This document shows, in pieces, positions 7,281 through 9,852 of a DNA stretch of 9,852 bases (positions are counted from its first letter, which is position 1; each line of letters starts with the position of its first letter). The stretch spans positions 1-9,852 of IMG/VR virus record IMGVR_UViG_2778261346_000016; one strand, given 5' to 3'. Source of the DNA: a virus (lineage: Duplodnaviria > Heunggongvirae > Uroviricota > Caudoviricetes). The notes under the pieces were generated by a model. That model was not told the DNA's origin and did not search any database. It saw only the letters and a program-made list of their open reading frames with translations. The position numbers were made by a program, and so were the translations under genes.

Positions 7281-7451
7281 TCAGAATGGACACGGCCCAA
7301 GGAAATAACGCTGATTTAATACTTCAGTCTTTGCCGCATTTAAAAATACGCGAACACCTTCACGATCTCCCTTCTGGCGATACATTAACGCCTGCTGCGT
7401 GTACATGCGTCTCTGTAACTTGCTCTCCTTCACTGTGGTTGCAAGTGACAT
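7281..7451 (-). CDS. small ORF, 56 aa (sits where P22 has arf)
   Basis: Hand-translated: MSLATTVKESKLQRRMYTQQALMYRQKGDREGVRVFLNAAKTEVLNQRYFLGPCPF. ATG 7451..7449 with AAGGAG SD 7 nt upstream; stop is 10 nt before the erf start. Overlaps the alternative ORF 7360..7530 in another frame. Confidence 0.35.
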   Translation of the reverse strand: MSLATTVKESKLQRRMYTQQALMYRQKGDREGVRVFLNAAKTEVLNQRYFLGPCPF

Positions 7452-7530
7452 GAATATCTCCTTCGTTACCGATTAAATCTTTCATCTGACGAATGAATTC
7501 TTCGTCTGACCAGTTATCTGTAAAACTCAT
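7360..7530 (-). CDS. alternative small acidic ORF, 56 aa
   Basis: Hand-translated: MSFTDNWSDEEFIRQMKDLIGNEGDIHVTCNHSEGEQVTETHVHAAGVNVSPEGRS. ATG 7530..7528 forms an ATGA overlap with the Kil-like stop, but the SD is weak. Overlaps 7281..7451, so at most one of the two is likely real. Confidence 0.25.
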   Translation of the reverse strand: MSFTDNWSDEEFIRQMKDLIGNEGDIHVTCNHSEGEQVTETHVHAAGVNVSPEGRS

Positions 7531-7679
7531 TTCCTGCGATACAACGGAAGGTTGATAGCTGATTTCATCGCTTTATTTGCTTCAAGCCACATTTTTGAAT
7601 CACCAATAAATCTGGCTATTACTGCTTTGTTCTGTGCAGCACGAAGCATCTGGTGATTGATGGCTATTTCATTGCGCAT
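7527..7679 (-). CDS. kil: Kil-like small protein, 50 aa
   Basis: Hand-translated: MRNEIAINHQMLRAAQNKAVIARFIGDSKMWLEANKAMKSAINLPLYRRK. ATG 7679..7677 with GGAGG SD 4 nt upstream. The core IARFIGDSKMWLEA resembles my recollection of lambda Kil (IATFIGDEKMFREA). Position between cIII-like and the recombination genes matches lambda/P22 synteny. Confidence 0.45.
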   Translation of the reverse strand: MRNEIAINHQMLRAAQNKAVIARFIGDSKMWLEANKAMKSAINLPLYRRK

Positions 7680-7798
7680 AACGCCTCCAGTTGTTTCTTT
7701 GCTGCTCTGATTAATTGTTTAACTCGGCGTGATAATTCAGATTCGTGCGGGTAGAAAGCGGACATGACGCCGCTACCCGCGAGCTGAAAGTGCATCAT
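7664..7798 (-). CDS. cIII: cIII-like protein (FtsH inhibitor family), 44 aa
   Basis: Track ORF 7664..7903 trimmed to ATG-ATG 7798..7793, with AAGGAG SD 7 nt upstream; the longer version would run through a terminator. PHESELSRRVKQLIRAAKKQLEAL resembles the lambda cIII amphipathic core PSESLLERITRKLRDGWKRL (recalled). Confidence 0.5.
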   Translation of the reverse strand: MMHFQLAGSGVMSAFYPHESELSRRVKQLIRAAKKQLEALCAMK

Positions 7799-7861
7799 GG
7801 GTAACTCCTTATATTTGATTGCATAACGAAAACGCCTCGAGTGAAGCGTTATTGGTATGCA

Positions 7862-7888
7862 TATAAAAAAGCCCTCACACTGGAGGGC
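7862..7888 (-). terminator. intrinsic terminator for leftward transcription (tL-like)
   Basis: GCCCTC / GAGGGC 6-bp GC stem (7871..7876 and 7883..7888) with a 6-nt loop, followed on the minus strand by TTTTTTAT (7870..7863). Confidence 0.55.
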
Positions 7889-7950
7889 AAAGAAGATTTC
7901 CAATAATCAGAACAAGTCGGCTCCTGTTTAGTTACGAGCGACATTGCTCC

Positions 7951-7978
7951 GTGTATTCACTCGTTGGAATGAATACAC
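7951..7978. repeat. perfect 9-bp inverted repeat GTGTATTCA / TGAATACAC with 10-bp spacer
   Basis: Read directly at 7951..7959 and 7970..7978. No adjacent U-tract on either strand, so it is not a classical terminator. Confidence 0.5.
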
Positions 7979-8007
7979 AGTGCAGTGTTTATTCTGTTGT
8001 TTATGCC

Positions 8008-8032
8008 AAAAATAAAGGCCGACTATGCGGCC
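8008..8032 (-). terminator. intrinsic terminator immediately after the 60-aa moron gene
   Basis: GGCCG / CGGCC 5-bp stem (8017..8021 and 8028..8032) with a 6-nt loop, followed on the minus strand by TTTATTTTT (8016..8008). The stop codon of the 8033..8215 gene abuts the stem. Confidence 0.45.
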
Positions 8033-8215
8033 TCAGAATGGTTTATATCCATTTTTAAAGGCGAAATCGTATGCCTCATCCTTAGTGCTGAAGTATTCAT
8101 AATCAGCAAATCCATCACGATAAAACTTGCAGCACCAATGATGCGGAATGCCATCCTCAGGACCATAGTCTTGATGGAACACATCCTCGACGATGATATT
8201 TTCATCTTTTCCCAT
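8033..8215 (-). CDS. small acidic aromatic-rich protein, 60 aa (moron; function unknown)
   Basis: ATG 8215..8213 with AGGTGA SD about 5 nt upstream; TGA 8035..8033 followed directly by a terminator. The locally AT-rich segment (about 7985..8280) contrasts with its flanks. About 13 D/E against 6 K/R. Confidence 0.5.
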   Translation of the reverse strand: MGKDENIIVEDVFHQDYGPEDGIPHHWCCKFYRDGFADYEYFSTKDEAYDFAFKNGYKPF

Positions 8216-8277
8216 ATATCACCTAAAATAAGTGGTTTGCTGCCAAAACAATGAACCATCCGGAAATTCCAGATAGT

Positions 8278-8505
8278 TCATAATTCACTCTTCAATACTT
8301 CCAACTTACTAATCGCCGATAGATATCCGCGCTGATAGGGAATCATCATTCCTTCGAGCTTGCCACTTCTTAACTCCTCCCTGAGCAATTGTATTGCTTG
8401 ATCAATAACCTCTGACTTAGCGTCCTTTATGGCTTGCTTGCGGGGCTTTGCTTTCTGCTTTGGCAGATTTCTCAAGCATGATGGAATGTATGTCTGATTC
8501 ACCAC
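8278..8505 (-). CDS. possible small protein, 75 aa, GTG-initiated (low confidence)
   Basis: ORF beginning at GTG 8505..8503 immediately after the N-like TAA. No ATG start or clear SD; it may be real (coupled to N) or spurious. Confidence 0.25.
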   Translation of the reverse strand: MVNQTYIPSCLRNLPKQKAKPRKQAIKDAKSEVIDQAIQLLREELRSGKLEGMMIPYQRGYLSAISKLEVLKSEL

Positions 8506-8778
8506 TTACCTCGCCGTCAGTTGTTTTGATTTCCGGTATCCTGCCGCGTAAATAGCTACGTTTGGCAGGCAAACACTTCCACTGCATTCATCTGCCTTCT
8601 TGCAGCGAAGGCTTCCGAGTGATGCTGCTTTGTCTGCTCTGACGCAACCAGAGAGCTTTCGCGCAATTTTTCGCGCCAGTCGCTGCTCTTGCATTGCCTG
8701 TTCACGTTGAGCCTGTCTGCGTGCTCTGCGGCGATTTCTGGCGTTATCGTCAGCCAGATATGTAATGACTACTGTCAT
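8506..8778 (-). CDS. N: N-like transcription antiterminator with N-terminal arginine-rich motif, 90 aa
   Basis: ATG 8778..8776 with GGAGGT SD 6 nt upstream. N-terminal NARNRRRARRQAQREQ resembles the lambda N arginine-rich motif (TRRRERRAEKQAQW, recalled). First gene downstream of the nutL-like site and operator/promoter region on the same strand. Confidence 0.55.
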   Translation of the reverse strand: MTVVITYLADDNARNRRRARRQAQREQAMQEQRLARKIARKLSGCVRADKAASLGSLRCKKADECSGSVCLPNVAIYAAGYRKSKQLTAR

Positions 8779-9223
8779 GTTGACCTCCGATGATTGACTT
8801 TGGTGATTGGATGGCCGGTGCTGAATTCCGGCTTACTGGTTAGAGCGCCCGCACTACCAGTGACGCTGTCTTGAGGCGCAGATTGGTTACTGCTTGCCAT
8901 GAGCGCTGTTTATACATTGGTCGAGCATCAGCCTGCTCATTCATCCAATCCCAAAGCCAACTACTCTTTGACTCACACTCTCGCAGTGAGCGCGCTCATG
9001 CCCTTGAGTCTCTGCCGCTTCATCGCCGCTGATAACCGGTGCGCGTCTGGCATTCGCGCTGCTTTACCGGAGCTACTTTTAATATATTGACCCTAACCCG
9101 ATGCTAAGCAGGCTCGCTCAATGGCGACTCAGGGCAGCATCATTACTGCTGCATTTCCTTTCGGCTGCGGTCTAACCGCGTTAGTGCACCATTACGGCAC
9201 CTCCTGTTTGGTTAAACTCAGTT

Positions 9224-9263
9224 CCCGCATTTCGGCGGGACAATCCCATCAATGTTAAAGAGC
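9224..9263 (-). promoter_or_regulatory. nutL-like site: boxA plus boxB hairpin
   Basis: Minus strand reads GCTCTTTAACA (reverse complement of 9253..9263), close to the recalled boxA consensus (rrn boxA TGCTCTTTAACAA; lambda CGCTCTTA). A 13-nt spacer is followed by hairpin CCCGC-CGAAAT-GCGGG (9239..9224). Confidence 0.45.
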
Positions 9264-9304
9264 CTGCCAATCTGTTCCGTTTGGCTTCCAGCGTCCTGCT
9301 GATG

Positions 9305-9400
9305 GCTAAAGAATACTGTAGGTATTTTATTGTGTAAATACCCAAGGTATTTATTTTTGATGAAATAATGATAAACAAATGAATACAAAGGATATTTATT
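9305..9400 (-). promoter_or_regulatory. oL/pL-like region: three 17-bp operator palindromes overlapping a leftward promoter
   Basis: Perfect 7-3-7 palindrome AAATACC-CAA-GGTATTT at 9336..9352; imperfect copies GAATACT-GTA-GGTATTT at 9311..9327 and GAATACA-AAG-GATATTT at 9381..9397. Minus-strand candidate -35 TTTACA (9338..9333), 17-nt spacer, -10 TATTCT (9315..9310), about 40 nt upstream of boxA. Confidence 0.45.
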
Positions 9401-9483
9401 TGTTTCGGTGTCTGCTTGTTCAGTGCTTTTTATGCGGGATATGTGAAGTGGATCCCGATAGCTATTGCTGCCGGGATTATGGG

Positions 9484-9852
9484 TTAGTCAGCGAAGGTTA
9501 AGACGAGAATTACCTTAATGATGTCTGCTACAACAGACACGGCCATAGATAAACCAAAGACGATCCAAGCCATAGAGATGTCTTCACTACCATCGTATAG
9601 GGTTCCGTAATCACTGGTGTAAGGCGTAAATGTCGCGCCTTGATACAATAGGTATAAGCTTGATCCATAGAGGATAAATGCAGATATCCCTTGTATTGCT
9701 ATGATCACTAGAATCATGAAACGAGCTGATCTATGCGCCCAAGCCTGGCTTATTTTTTCTGATAGAGATTTCGCAATAAAAGCATGCGCTAAGCCGTAAA
9801 TTGTTGAGATTGCCAACATCCCCAAAAAGCTTGCTATAGCGGTTCCAACCAT
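9484..9852 (-). CDS. hydrophobic membrane protein, possibly 5'-truncated by the window edge (occupies the lambda rexB-like position)
   Basis: ORF runs to the window end with no upstream stop visible, so the ATG at 9852 may be internal. Multiple long hydrophobic stretches. Sits on the far side of the operator region from the N-like gene. Confidence 0.45.
   Translation of the reverse strand: MVGTAIASFLGMLAISTIYGLAHAFIAKSLSEKISQAWAHRSARFMILVIIAIQGISAFILYGSSLYLLYQGATFTPYTSDYGTLYDGSEDISMAWIVFGLSMAVSVVADIIKVILVLTFAD

Noticed and set aside
4842-7453. Plus-strand ORFs 4842..5069, 5291..5527, 5506..5730, 5549..5863, 5991..6182, 6402..6641, 6857..7120, 7205..7453
   Set aside because: Same reasoning: they are embedded antisense in the Ea22-like, SSB-like and Erf genes and lack start signals.
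7985-8259. Overlapping ORFs 7985..8254 (plus) and 8023..8259 (minus) in the AT-rich moron
   Set aside because: Both run through the terminator hairpin and U-tract and have no RBS. The 60-aa frame at 8033..8215 has an AGGTGA SD and ends exactly at the terminator, so it is preferred.
8831-8862. tRNA-like D-arm motif (CTGGTTAGAGCGCC)
   Set aside because: No acceptor stem, anticodon arm or GTTCRANNC T-loop could be assembled around it. It is more likely an incidental hairpin within the leader.
8775-9090. Plus-strand 63-aa ORF 8899..9090 and minus-strand 41-aa ORF 8775..8900 in the N leader
   Set aside because: Neither has an SD. The ATGA overlap of the 41-aa ORF with the N-like start is suggestive but insufficient, so the region is treated as leader.
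9181-9378. 65-aa minus-strand ORF overlapping the nutL-like site and operators
   Set aside because: It would start inside the operator/promoter region and read through boxA/boxB. Only its last three codons (ATG GTG CAC TAA) follow a strong AGGAGGT, which may be a mini-ORF or coincidence.
1-9852. CRISPR arrays, IS elements and integrase/att sites
   Set aside because: No regularly spaced direct repeats, terminal inverted repeats with a transposase, or integrase ORF were seen. The integrase and att site are expected just left of position 1, outside the window.

Overview
The window reads as the early-left (pL-side) arm of a lambdoid/P22-like temperate phage or prophage. Every credible gene is on the minus strand. 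From right to left: an operator/promoter region built from 17-bp palindromes and a nutL-like boxA+boxB (about 9.2-9.4 kb), an N-like antiterminator, a terminator-flanked AT-rich moron, cIII-like and Kil-like small ORFs, an Erf recombinase with an SSB-like partner, a block of accessory genes (Ea22-like paralogs, a Cys/Trp-rich protein, three small basic proteins, a PD-(D/E)XK-like protein, DUF551, ASCH-like), and an AlpA-type excisionase at the left edge, with the integrase expected just beyond position 1. Genes are tightly packed with ATGA/TAATG/GTGA start-stop overlaps and RBSs embedded in the preceding gene's 3' end. Several likely genes are under 60 aa or start at GTG or internal ATGs, so the ORF track misses or over-extends them. 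No rRNA, tRNA, CRISPR array or IS element was seen. All family assignments come from motif recognition by eye and recalled reference sequences, not from database searches.
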